Assembly: GCA_965208575.1 (NCBI GenBank)
Contig: CBDBOV010000006.1
Span: 704,001-768,000 of the forward strand
Length of the DNA: 64,000 nt
Source of the DNA: Spirochaetia bacterium
GTDB taxonomy: Bacteria; Spirochaetota; Spirochaetia; SZUA-6; Bin103
Direction of reading: 5' to 3'
Below are positions 46,390 to 56,510 of this stretch, one piece after another. Numbering within the stretch: position 1 is the first letter of the stretch; each line of letters starts with the position of its first letter. A program made the translations under genes and the position numbers. The notes below the pieces were generated by a model. It searched no databases and had not been told where the DNA came from. It worked only from the letters and a program-made list of their open reading frames with translations.

Positions 46390-47175
46390 ATGAGCGTAGA
46401 GTTGATCGGCATCATCGCGGCTTCCATCGCCCTCGGCACCGCCTGGCTTGCTTCGATACGCAGCCTTCGGCAGGAACTGCGAGAACAACGCAGCGACCTG
46501 GCGGCCATGGAGAGCGGCATCCGCGGCGACATGAAGGCCATGGAGAGCGCGATCCGCGGCGACATGAAGGCCATGCGAGGTGAACTTCGTGATGACGACA
46601 GCGGACTTCGCGACGACATGAAGGCCATGGAGAGCGGCATCCGCGGCGACATGAAGGTCATGGAGAGCGGCATCCGCGGCGACATGAAGGCCATGGAGAG
46701 CGGCATCCGCGGCGACCTGGCGGCCATGGAGAGCGGCATCCGCGACGACATGAAGGCCATGGAGAGCGGCATCCGCGACGACATGAAGGCCATGGAGAGC
46801 GGCATCCGCGGCGACATGAAGGCCATGGAGAGCGGCATCCGCGGCGACCTGGCGGCCATGGAGAGCGGCATCCGCGACGACATGAAGGCCATGGAGAGCG
46901 GCATCCGCGACGACATGAAGGCCATGGAGAGCGGCATCCGCGGCGACATGAAGGCCATGGAGAGCGGCATCCGCGGCGAGATCAGGGAACTGCGGGAAGA
47001 AAACCGCGCCTCCGACGCCGGCCTGCGTGCCGAGATGCACAGCGGCTTCAAGGAACTCGGCGACCGCGTCACCAACGTCGGCGACCGGCTGTCGAAGGTC
47101 GAAGGCATCATCGAGGGAATGTTCTGGAGCGGGCGCAACCAGCCGCCGGACAAGCCGCGCGAGGGCGCTGCGTAG
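46390..47175 (+). CDS. Membrane-anchored 11-residue-repeat coiled-coil protein, function unknown
   Basis: GAGGTG RBS; N-terminal hydrophobic helix (VELIGIIAASIALGTAWLASI); MKAMESGIRGD repeats; C-terminal RLSKVEGIIEG. Confidence 0.8.
   Translation: MSVELIGIIAASIALGTAWLASIRSLRQELREQRSDLAAMESGIRGDMKAMESAIRGDMKAMRGELRDDDSGLRDDMKAMESGIRGDMKVMESGIRGDMKAMESGIRGDLAAMESGIRDDMKAMESGIRDDMKAMESGIRGDMKAMESGIRGDLAAMESGIRDDMKAMESGIRDDMKAMESGIRGDMKAMESGIRGEIRELREENRASDAGLRAEMHSGFKELGDRVTNVGDRLSKVEGIIEGMFWSGRNQPPDKPREGAA
46495..46980 (+). repeat. 33-bp coding tandem repeat array (about 14 units)
   Basis: Unit gacatgaaggccatggagagcggcatccgcggc with few variants, no spacers, one 21-bp interruption. Confidence 0.95.
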
Positions 47176-47360
47176 CACCGCCGACAGCGATCACGCATTT
47201 CGGCCTGCCGCCGGGAATTGTGCCGCAAGCGCTGGCAGTCACCTGGCCCGACGGCACGGCCACCGCGGTGACCGGCGTCCGCGCCGGCACACTCGTCACC
47301 GTGGAGCGCGTCGCCACCGGGCGCGGCACGGCTGGTTGAAGCAGCAGCGGACTCGCCCGG

Positions 47361-48110
47361 TCAGCCGCCGAGTTGCGCAGCCAGGTCGCGGAAGTCGGTG
47401 GCGGCCACGTCGAACGACTCGGGTGCGATCGGCTCCGGCACTGCAGCCGGGCCGCGTTCCAGCGGGCGCGGCACCACGGCGGTTTTCAGGCCCAGGGACG
47501 CGGCCGCCTGCAGGTCGCCGGCGTGGGCGGCCACCATCATCACTTCGCCCGGCTGCAACCCGAGCAGTTCCACGCCGGTCAGGTAGGTCTTCGGGTCCGG
47601 CTTGTAGGCGCGGGCCAACTCGGCGCCCAGAATGCAGTCCCAGGGCAACCCCGCGAAGCGCGCCAGGTTGGTCATCAACGCCACGTTGCCATTGGACATG
47701 GCGGCGATGATGAAGCGCGCCTTGAGGCGGGCCAGTCCGGCGGGGGCGTCGGGCCAGGGGTCGAGCCGGTGCCAGGCCAGGTTCAGATCCGCCTTGGCGG
47801 CCTCCGACACGCCCGCGATCCCGAACTCGGCGAGCAGTTCCTCCAGGGCGAGGCGGTGCAGGCCGTCCAGGTTGGTCCACGGCAATTCGCCGCGGCGCAC
47901 CTTGTCCATGAACGGCCCGTACTTGCCGCGCCAGGCGTCGGCGAATGCCTCCCAGTCGGCGTCGATGCCATTTGCCCGCCCGAACGCACTCGCCTCCCGG
48001 ATCACCGAGCCGCGCCAGTCCACCACGGTCCCGAACACGTCGAACAGCAGCGCCTTGATGCCGGCACCCCGTGTCGCCGTGCCGGCCGCCGCGGCGAGTA
48101 CGCGGTTCAC
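47361..48110 (-). CDS. Haloacid dehalogenase type II
   Basis: IKALLFDVFGTVVDW, AWHRLDPWPD, SNGN, YKPDP..Y, MMVAAHAGDL. Confidence 0.9.
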   Translation of the reverse strand: MNRVLAAAAGTATRGAGIKALLFDVFGTVVDWRGSVIREASAFGRANGIDADWEAFADAWRGKYGPFMDKVRRGELPWTNLDGLHRLALEELLAEFGIAGVSEAAKADLNLAWHRLDPWPDAPAGLARLKARFIIAAMSNGNVALMTNLARFAGLPWDCILGAELARAYKPDPKTYLTGVELLGLQPGEVMMVAAHAGDLQAAASLGLKTAVVPRPLERGPAAVPEPIAPESFDVAATDFRDLAAQLGG

Positions 48111-48943
48111 GCCGGCAGCCTCGTGTACGCGGTGACGTGCGGCGGCAGCACGATCAGGCGCCCCGCGGCGTCGGCTTCTTGTTGCAGCCGCTCGGCAAAC
48201 GTGTCGATGCCGAGCTGTTCCGCGGTGGCGATGCCGTACGCCTCCATGAGCGGCAGCAGGCTGGCGAAACCCTGCTTGAGAAACTCGTAGCCCACCCAGT
48301 CCGGGCCGCCGCCCGCGGGCGCCTCCAGGTGCGACACCGGCGCGGGCAATCCCGCCTCCACGAAGGCGTGGTACAACTCCAGTCCCATGCCGACGTTGGC
48401 CCCGGAGCGCCGGAACACCTCCAGCCCCCACTCGACGAGCTGGTTCACGAACGGCGTCTCCGGCGTCCGAACCGATTGGTACAACACCAGTTCCGCCTCC
48501 TGGAATGCCACGATGCCGCGCGGCCGCAGGTGGGTGACCAACTGCCGCAACGCCGTGCCCGGATCGGGCAGGTACATCAGTACCAGGCGGCCGACCAGGG
48601 CGTCGAAGTCGTTGGCGAGTTCCACCTCGCGGGCGTCGCCGGCGATGAACGTGATGTTGTGATGTCCCGCCTGGCGCACGCGCGCGCGGGCGGTTTCCAG
48701 GATGGCGGCGTTCATGTCCACGCCGACGACCGAACCCTGCGGGCCCACCAGTTGCGCGGCCGCCATGGCCACGTCGCCGGCGCCGCTGCCGATGTCCAGC
48801 ACCTTCATGCCGGTGTCGACGCCGGCGTTGCGCAGCATGCGCAGGGTGACCCGCTCGTAGAGGTGGGACTGCTCGATGAGGCGCTCGGTTTCGGCGGCGC
48901 TGCGGCCCATCGTGTAGGCCGTACCCGTCTTGTTCTCGGTCAA
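48107..48943 (-). CDS. Class I SAM-dependent methyltransferase
   Basis: GGAGGAG RBS before TTG; VLDIGSGAGDV, VVGVD, FDALVGRLVLMY, LRPRG. Confidence 0.9.
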   Translation of the reverse strand: MTENKTGTAYTMGRSAAETERLIEQSHLYERVTLRMLRNAGVDTGMKVLDIGSGAGDVAMAAAQLVGPQGSVVGVDMNAAILETARARVRQAGHHNITFIAGDAREVELANDFDALVGRLVLMYLPDPGTALRQLVTHLRPRGIVAFQEAELVLYQSVRTPETPFVNQLVEWGLEVFRRSGANVGMGLELYHAFVEAGLPAPVSHLEAPAGGGPDWVGYEFLKQGFASLLPLMEAYGIATAEQLGIDTFAERLQQEADAAGRLIVLPPHVTAYTRLPA

Positions 48944-49034
48944 ACGAATCTCCTCCGTACACCCGCTGCTTGCGGGACTGGGTGTCGTTGTACCGAAGTT
49001 CGGAGGTCTCGGGAAGCGGTGCGCGGGTACCCGG

Positions 49035-50074
<1,040 letters not shown>

Positions 50075-50075
<1 letters not shown>

Positions 50076-51109
50076 TATCCCGCCCCGCCGTACAGCAGGC
50101 AGCGCACGGTGGCGCCCGATTCCAGCACCGTCGCGGGCGGCGCGGTGCGGTCGCACTCGCCGGCCACGAAGCTCTCGCAGCGCGGGTGGAAGGTGCAGCC
50201 GCCGGGGCGCGCGAACGGGTGCGGCACCATGCCGCGGATCGCCTCCAGCGCGCCGCGCTGCGTGTCGCCGAACTTCGGAATCGACTGGTGCAGGGCGCGC
50301 GTGTAGGGGTGCTTGGGATCGTGGAAGATCGGATCCACCGCCGCCGACTCAACCACCCTGCCGAGGTACATCACCACCACGTCGTCGGCGATCTCCGCCA
50401 CCACGCCGAGGTCGTGGGTAATGAACATCACCGTCATGTTCAGGTCGCGCTGCAACTCCTTGATCAGGTCGAGGATGGTGGCCTCGGTGGTCACGTCGAG
50501 CGCGGTGGTGGGCTCGTCGGCGATCAGCAGGTTGGGGCGGCAGGACAGCGCCATGGCGATCATGGCGCGCTGCCGCATGCCGCCGGAGAGCTGGAACACG
50601 TAGGAGTCGAGGCGCGTTGCCGCCTGCGGGATGCCGACCCGCTCCAGCAGCTCGGCGGCGCGCTCCCGCGCCTGCTCCCTGGTCACCGGCAGGTGCAGGC
50701 GGATCATCTCCACGATCTGGTTGCCGATGGTGTGCACCGGGCTCAGCGACGACATCGGCTCCTGGAAGATCATCGCGATCTCCTCGCCGCGCACCGCGCG
50801 AATCGCCTTGCCGGTGGGCGGCAGGGCGGCCAGGTCCACCACCTCGCCCCCCTCCCGGTGCAGCAGGATCTCGCCCGCCACGATGCGCCCCGGCCGGTCC
50901 ACGATCTGCAGGATGGAGCGCGCCGTGATCGACTTGCCGCAGCCCGACTCGCCCACCACGCACACCGTCTTGCCGCGCGCGATCGCGAAGTCCGCGCCGT
51001 CCACCGCCTTCACCACCCCCTCGTCGGTGAAGAAGTGGGTCTTCAGGCCGTTGATCTCCAGCAGCGGGTCGCGACCGCCGGCACCCCCCGCGCCGATCGG
51101 TGTGCTCAC
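50075..51109 (-). CDS. Oligopeptide ABC ATPase (OppD-like)
   Basis: [37 protein letters not shown]. Confidence 0.93.
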
Positions 51110-52251
51110 TTGTAGGGGTCCGCGGCGTCGCGGATGCCGTCGCCCAGGAAGTTGAACGCCAGCACCGCCACGATTACCGCCGCGCCGGGCAGGAACAGCC
51201 ACGGCGAGGTGACCAGCACGCGCACGTTCTGCGCCTCCCTGAGCAGCACCCCCCAGCTCACCACGGGCGGGCGCAAGCCGATGCCCAGGAAGCTGAGCGC
51301 GGTCTCGGCGATGATCATCTGCGGAATCGCCAGGGTGAGGGTGGCGATGATGTGGCTGACGAACGAGGGCACCATGTGGCTGACGATCACCTGCAGCTCG
51401 CTGCAGCCGTCCAGCTTGGCGGCCACCACGAAGTCCTCGGTCTTGAGCGAGAAGAACTTGCCGCGCACCGCCTGCGCCAGCCAGGTCCAGCCGATCACCG
51501 ACAGGATGATGGTGATCATGAAGTAGACCAGCACCGGCGACCAGAAGTCCGGGATCGCCGCCGCCAGCCCCATCCACAGCGGAATGGTGGGCATCGAGCG
51601 CAGGATCTCCATGAGGCGCTGAATCAACAGGTCGGCGGTGCCGCCGAAGTAGCCGGAGATGCCGCCGAGCAGCACGCCGAGCACCAGGCTCAGGGTGACT
51701 CCCACCAGGCCGATGGTCATCGAGATGCGGGTGCCGTAGATGATGCGGCTGAACAGGTCGCGACCGAGCCGGTCGGCGCCGAGCGGGAAGAACGGCGCGC
51801 TCTGGTCGACCGGGCCGACCAGGTGGCGCTCGAGCGGGATCAGCCCCCACAGCTTGTACGGCTGGCCCCTGACGAACAGGCGCACGTCGATGCGCTGGCT
51901 CTCGTCGACGGTGAAGGTGCGCTCCAGCGACAGCATGTCGATTTCGGTGGTGTAGCCGTAGACGTGCAGCCCGAACCGCGTCCCCTGCTCGGTCTGCTCG
52001 GTGAACCGGAGCCGCTGCGGCGGCGCGTAGGCGAGCTTGGAGATCATCCGGTCGGTGGAGAACGGCGCCAGGAACTCGACGAACGCAGCCACCAGGTAGA
52101 CCAGGATCACCACCACGCCGCTGGCCAGCGCCAGCTTGTGCTTGCGGAACCGCCACCAGATCAGCCGCCACTGGCTGGCGAGCTGCACGGTTGCGGCAGC
52201 GTCGGTGGAGGTCTCGGCGGCGGCGGGAACCGCCGTGGCGGGGGCGGCCAT
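51106..52251 (-). CDS. ABC permease (OppC-like)
   Basis: WRLIWWRFRKHKLA, LGADRLGRDLFSR, ETALSFLGIG, GDGIRDAADPY. Confidence 0.92.
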   Translation of the reverse strand: MAAPATAVPAAAETSTDAAATVQLASQWRLIWWRFRKHKLALASGVVVILVYLVAAFVEFLAPFSTDRMISKLAYAPPQRLRFTEQTEQGTRFGLHVYGYTTEIDMLSLERTFTVDESQRIDVRLFVRGQPYKLWGLIPLERHLVGPVDQSAPFFPLGADRLGRDLFSRIIYGTRISMTIGLVGVTLSLVLGVLLGGISGYFGGTADLLIQRLMEILRSMPTIPLWMGLAAAIPDFWSPVLVYFMITIILSVIGWTWLAQAVRGKFFSLKTEDFVVAAKLDGCSELQVIVSHMVPSFVSHIIATLTLAIPQMIIAETALSFLGIGLRPPVVSWGVLLREAQNVRVLVTSPWLFLPGAAVIVAVLAFNFLGDGIRDAADPYK

Positions 52252-53234
52252 CAGGTGAACCGGATGCGCGGATCGACCAGGGCCAGCAGCACGTCGGAGA
52301 TCACCGTGCCGACCACCGTCAGCCCGCTCAGCATCATGATGAAGCTGGCCGCCAGGTACATGTCCTGCCCGAGCAGCGAACGCAGCAGCATCGGCCCGGT
52401 GGTCGGCAGGCTCATCACCACCGACACGATGGTGGCCCCCGACACCAGTTGCGGCAGCATCCAGCCGACCGTGGCCACGAACGGGATCAGCGCCAGCCGA
52501 ACCGGGTACTTGAGCAGCAGGCCCAGCTCGGACAGCCCCTTGGCGCGCGCCGCCGCCACGTACGGCTTGAGCAGCTCGTCGAGCAGGTTGGCGCGCACGA
52601 TGCGGATCAGCGACGCGGTGCCGGCCAGCCCCACCGCCAGCATCGGCATCCACAGGTTGGACAACAGGTCCACAACGCGCGCCCAGCTCCACTCGGCGCG
52701 CGCGAAGTCGGGCGAGAAGAAGCCGCCGATGCTGGTATCGAAGTAGCGGAAGCCGACGTACATCAGGATCAGGGCGAACAGGAAGCTCGGCACCGCCAGC
52801 CCCAGAAACCCGAGCGAGGTGGCGATGTAGTCGCCAACCGAGTACTGCCGCACCGCGGAGAAGATGCCGATCGGCACCGACACCACGCACACGAAGATGA
52901 ACGCGCTGGAGGTCAGGACCAGGGTCAGGCCGAGGCGCTCCCACATCAGCGGCGCCACCGGGCGGTTCCAGATGAACGACTCGCCGAAGTCGCCGCGCAG
53001 CAGGATCCCGGAGATCCACTTCCAGTACTGCACCATGATCGGCTGATTGAGGCCGTAGCGCTCCTCGATGGCGCGGATCGCCGACTCGTTGACGCTGGCC
53101 GACTCCATCATCTCCGCCGCCACCGTGTCGGCGAACGTGCCCGGCGGCAACTGGATCAGCAGGAACGAGATGAACGAGATCACCAGCAGTGCCGGCACCG
53201 CGTACAGGACGCGTCGAATGAAGTAGCGGCCCAT
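52251..53234 (-). CDS. ABC permease (OppB-like)
   Basis: YFIRR, QLPPG, YGLNQP, ARAKGLSE, QDMYLA, VDPRIR. Confidence 0.92.
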   Translation of the reverse strand: MGRYFIRRVLYAVPALLVISFISFLLIQLPPGTFADTVAAEMMESASVNESAIRAIEERYGLNQPIMVQYWKWISGILLRGDFGESFIWNRPVAPLMWERLGLTLVLTSSAFIFVCVVSVPIGIFSAVRQYSVGDYIATSLGFLGLAVPSFLFALILMYVGFRYFDTSIGGFFSPDFARAEWSWARVVDLLSNLWMPMLAVGLAGTASLIRIVRANLLDELLKPYVAAARAKGLSELGLLLKYPVRLALIPFVATVGWMLPQLVSGATIVSVVMSLPTTGPMLLRSLLGQDMYLAASFIMMLSGLTVVGTVISDVLLALVDPRIRFT

Positions 53235-53249
53235 CGCCCCTCAGACGGT

Positions 53250-53296
53250 TCCAGGGCTCCCGAAAGGGGTCCTTGCGGATCCCGGGGAGCCCTGGA
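53250..53296. terminator. Intercistronic hairpin after the binding-protein gene (stabiliser or partial terminator)
   Basis: Perfect 12-bp inverted repeat TCCAGGGCTCCC / GGGAGCCCTGGA. Confidence 0.65.
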
Positions 53297-53326
53297 TTTC
53301 AGTCAACTTCAGTTCCTCGTCGGATC

Positions 53327-55279
53327 TTAGTCGAAGAAGAACTGCTCGACGCCGACCGGCGAGTCGCTGGGGTAGGACCAGCTCAGAATCAACCGCTCCG
53401 GCAGGTTGCGGAAGTTGTTCTTGGCGATGGTGATGGTCGGGATCGGGAACATGACCCCGATGACGTGGAAGTCATCCGCGGTGATCGCCAGGATCTCGCG
53501 CATCAGCCGCTCCTGTTCCTCCTGCGTCGAGGCCGCGTTGAAGTCGTCGTAGAGCTGGTACTGGCGCTGCACCGACTCCGGCGGCACCATCGCCTCCGGC
53601 GCGTCGGGGTTGTCGTACCACAGCGCCCAGCGGGTGGCGTGCTCGGACTCGAACGGGCTGGTCGGCAGGTAGATGCGCGGGTTCAGGAACAGGTCGCCGC
53701 GGGTGCCGCCGTCGCCCGACCACAACACCACGTCGTGCTCGTTGGCGAAGATCTGCGTCATGTGCAGCGAGCGCTCCACCTCGCTGAATTGCGCGTCGAT
53801 ACCGACCGCGCGCCAGTTGTTGGCGATCAACTCTCCGGGATCGACGAAGCCCGCGATCACCTCGAAGGCGATGCGGATCGGCTTGCCGTCCGGCCCGAGC
53901 CGGATGCCGCTGCCGTCGCGGTCCGCGTAGCCCGCGTCGTCCAGGTACTTGTTGGCCAGGTCGACGTTGTACTCGGTGTACTGCTTGGCCATCTCGTCGG
54001 TATACAGCCCGGAGCTGCGCAGCGGACTGATGTTGGCCACCTCGCCGACGCCGCTGTACACGGTGTCGATGATCGCCTGACGATCGATGGCGTGCGACAG
54101 GCCGATGCGGAAGTTCTTGTTCTGGAACACCTCGCGCTTCACCGGGTCGGGATGGGTCAGGTTGAGCTTGATGGCGATCTCGTTGGCATAGGTGAAATCG
54201 GTGGGGATGATGCGGTAGTCGCCCTTGTCCTGGTTGTCGACGATCAGCGGCCGGAACTTGGGCGCGTTGAGATGGCGCCACTCCATGTCGATCTGGCCGT
54301 TGGCGGCCGCCAGGGCCACCGCGTCCTGATCCTCATACAGGGTGTACTCCTGGAAGTCGATGTAGGGGAGCTGGTTGCCCGCCGTGTCCACCTTCCAGTA
54401 ATAAGGGTTGCGCTCGTAGACCAGCGCGGTGGTGGTTTGCTGCGGGCCGATGGTGATCACGTACGGGCCGATCACCGGGAACGCCGGATCGTAGCGCGGG
54501 TCGGCGGTGGAGCCGTGCGAGTTGAAGAAGCCGCCCTTGATGCCCATCAGCTCGGGCCAGCTCGTGACGCCGGCCTCGGCGACCAGGTCGTCCAGGTTGG
54601 ACGTGTTGTACTTCGGGTGGAACTGCTGCAGGTAGTGCTTGGGGTAGCGGACCGGCTCGCCGTTGGCCTCGCCCGTGCACAGGTGCAGCAGGAACAGGCC
54701 GTTGGGCTTGATGAACGTAATCTTGGCGGTGGTGTCGTCGATCTTCTCGGCGCTGAACGGCTGGCCGCCGGCCATGAACCGCTTGCTCGGCGCGTACTTG
54801 AGCCCGTACTCCTCGTTGGCCACCAGGTCCTCGGCCCAGAACAGGATGTCGTCGGCCGTGAACGGCGCGCCGTCCGACCACTTCATGCCGGGGCGCAGGT
54901 GAAAAGTGTACTCGGTAGCGTTGTCGTTGACCTCGATCTTGTTGGCGGCGTTGAGCACCCAGCCGGTCATGTCGATCTGCCAGCGCACCAGCCCGTCGTG
55001 GTGGGTGGCCTGGCGGTTGACCAGTCCCAGGTCGGCGATGGTGCGCATGCCCTGGCGCCAGGTGCCGCCATACTTGCCGATGCGCTCCACCGGCGTGATC
55101 ACCAGCGGATCGTCGGGCAGCCGCTCCTCGACCGGCGGCAGTTCGCCCGCGGCCACCCGCGCAGCCAGCATCGGCGCCTCCTGGTAGTCCGCCCACAGCG
55201 GAACACCGGCGAGCCCGATAACGAGTGCGAGAACCCCGGCGCCGAGGTTCCTGAGATGCGCGTTACGTTGCAGATTCAC
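53327..55279 (-). CDS. ABC substrate-binding protein, family 5 (EAPML...LPPVEERLP subtype)
   Basis: AAGGAG RBS; EAPMLAARVAAGELPPVEERLP, KWSDGAPFTADD, RNPYYWKVDTAGNQLPYID. Confidence 0.92.
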   Translation of the reverse strand: MNLQRNAHLRNLGAGVLALVIGLAGVPLWADYQEAPMLAARVAAGELPPVEERLPDDPLVITPVERIGKYGGTWRQGMRTIADLGLVNRQATHHDGLVRWQIDMTGWVLNAANKIEVNDNATEYTFHLRPGMKWSDGAPFTADDILFWAEDLVANEEYGLKYAPSKRFMAGGQPFSAEKIDDTTAKITFIKPNGLFLLHLCTGEANGEPVRYPKHYLQQFHPKYNTSNLDDLVAEAGVTSWPELMGIKGGFFNSHGSTADPRYDPAFPVIGPYVITIGPQQTTTALVYERNPYYWKVDTAGNQLPYIDFQEYTLYEDQDAVALAAANGQIDMEWRHLNAPKFRPLIVDNQDKGDYRIIPTDFTYANEIAIKLNLTHPDPVKREVFQNKNFRIGLSHAIDRQAIIDTVYSGVGEVANISPLRSSGLYTDEMAKQYTEYNVDLANKYLDDAGYADRDGSGIRLGPDGKPIRIAFEVIAGFVDPGELIANNWRAVGIDAQFSEVERSLHMTQIFANEHDVVLWSGDGGTRGDLFLNPRIYLPTSPFESEHATRWALWYDNPDAPEAMVPPESVQRQYQLYDDFNAASTQEEQERLMREILAITADDFHVIGVMFPIPTITIAKNNFRNLPERLILSWSYPSDSPVGVEQFFFD

Positions 55280-55435
55280 ATTCACTCCTTGGAAAATAGC
55301 ACTTGCGCTCATTTGATTTGGCGCCTCACCAGACCGGGTACGGCGCGAGCATCATCGTACTCACACCATCGCCTGCCGTCAAACCACGGAGGATTTCAGG
55401 ACGCGGGAACGCGGGGATGTGGTACCGTGGGGGTT

Positions 55436-56401
55436 GTGATCCGCATCGTGAAACCGGAAGGGTTCGGGAACATCCAGTTGCAGGAAGTCCCGATCCCGGA
55501 GATCGGCACGCGCGAAGTGCTGGTGCGTACCGAGGCGACCCTGATCAGCCGCGGCTCGGAGTTGTTCCGGCGCTACATCAAGGAAGAGGCGGTGCCGCAG
55601 CGCATCATGGGCTACTCGCTCGCCGGCACCGTGGAGCGGGTCGGCGCGGCCGTGAGCGAGTACCGCGAAGGGCAGCGGGTGTTCGTTACCGCGCCGCATG
55701 CCCAGTACGCGGTGGGCGACGCCGACTCGACCGATGCCGGCCTGGTGCCGCTGCCGGAAGGTGTGACCAGCGAGCAGGCCACCCTGCTGCGGCTCGCCAC
55801 CGAGGCCACGGCGTGGGCCGCGTCATCGGGCGCGAAGCAAGGAGACACCATCGTGATCCTCGGCCAGGGGGTGGTGGGCAGCCTGATGCTGCAGATCCTG
55901 CGCGGCTGCCGGCCGGAGCGCATCGTGACCGTCGACCCGCTGCCGCTGCGCCGGCGGTTGTCCCGCGAGCTGGGCGCCGACCTGGTGCTCGACCCTTCGC
56001 AGGACGACCCGGTTGCGGCGGTGGCTGACCTGACCGGCGGCGCCGGGGCCGACCTGGTGGTCGACTGCGTGGGCGGCTACGACGGCGTGCGCTCGTTCGA
56101 GCAGGCGCAGGAGATGGTGCGCCGCCGCGGCACCCTGCAACTGATCGCCGCCTACCAGCAGCGCCCGCTGCCGCTGGACAGCGCCAGGATCATGCACCGC
56201 CGCCTGGTGGCCGGCATCCTGGTGGACGAACCGCTGTCGCAGGTCGCCCTGCGCGCCGCCGCCATGATCGCAAGCGGCAACATCCAGGCCGACCGCATGA
56301 TCACCCACCGCTTCCCCTGCACCCGCGCCAAGGAAGCCTACGACTTCCTGTGGAACTCCCCGCAAGAAGCCCTCGGCGTCCTCCTCACTTGGCGCGAGTA
56401 G
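55436..56401 (+). CDS. MDR-family alcohol dehydrogenase-like protein
   Basis: LISRGSE, MGYSLAG, ILGQGVVG, GADLVVDCVG, MITHRF. Confidence 0.85.
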   Translation: MIRIVKPEGFGNIQLQEVPIPEIGTREVLVRTEATLISRGSELFRRYIKEEAVPQRIMGYSLAGTVERVGAAVSEYREGQRVFVTAPHAQYAVGDADSTDAGLVPLPEGVTSEQATLLRLATEATAWAASSGAKQGDTIVILGQGVVGSLMLQILRGCRPERIVTVDPLPLRRRLSRELGADLVLDPSQDDPVAAVADLTGGAGADLVVDCVGGYDGVRSFEQAQEMVRRRGTLQLIAAYQQRPLPLDSARIMHRRLVAGILVDEPLSQVALRAAAMIASGNIQADRMITHRFPCTRAKEAYDFLWNSPQEALGVLLTWRE

Positions 56402-56472
56402 AAGGAATCGCGGATTTGCGAACAATGCTCCGCGGCGCCGCTGCCGTGAAGGCTGTCAAAGTTGCCGGTTGC

Positions 56473-56501
56473 TTGACGCCATTGCCGTTCCGACATAGGT
56501 T
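56473..56501 (+). promoter_or_regulatory. Sigma70-like promoter giving a near-leaderless transcript
   Basis: TTGACG, 17-bp spacer, TAGGTT; ATG lies 9 nt after the -10 box. Confidence 0.55.
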
Positions 56502-56510
56502 CAGAGAGCC

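Noticed and set aside
46495-46980. 33-bp repeats as a CRISPR array
   Set aside because: Units are contiguous with no unique spacers, keep an open reading frame, and no cas genes are present.
46260-47228. Antisense repeat ORFs over the 33-bp array
   Set aside because: They are open only because the repeat lacks stops. Promoter, RBS and TM helix support the + strand gene.
53273-56401. 1042-aa ORF as a fusion protein; likewise 58108-61476, 39910-42390 and 15953-17980
   Set aside because: The N-terminal parts are antisense to genuine genes. Only the C-terminal parts are real CDSs, re-started at 55436, 59740, 41356 and 17086.
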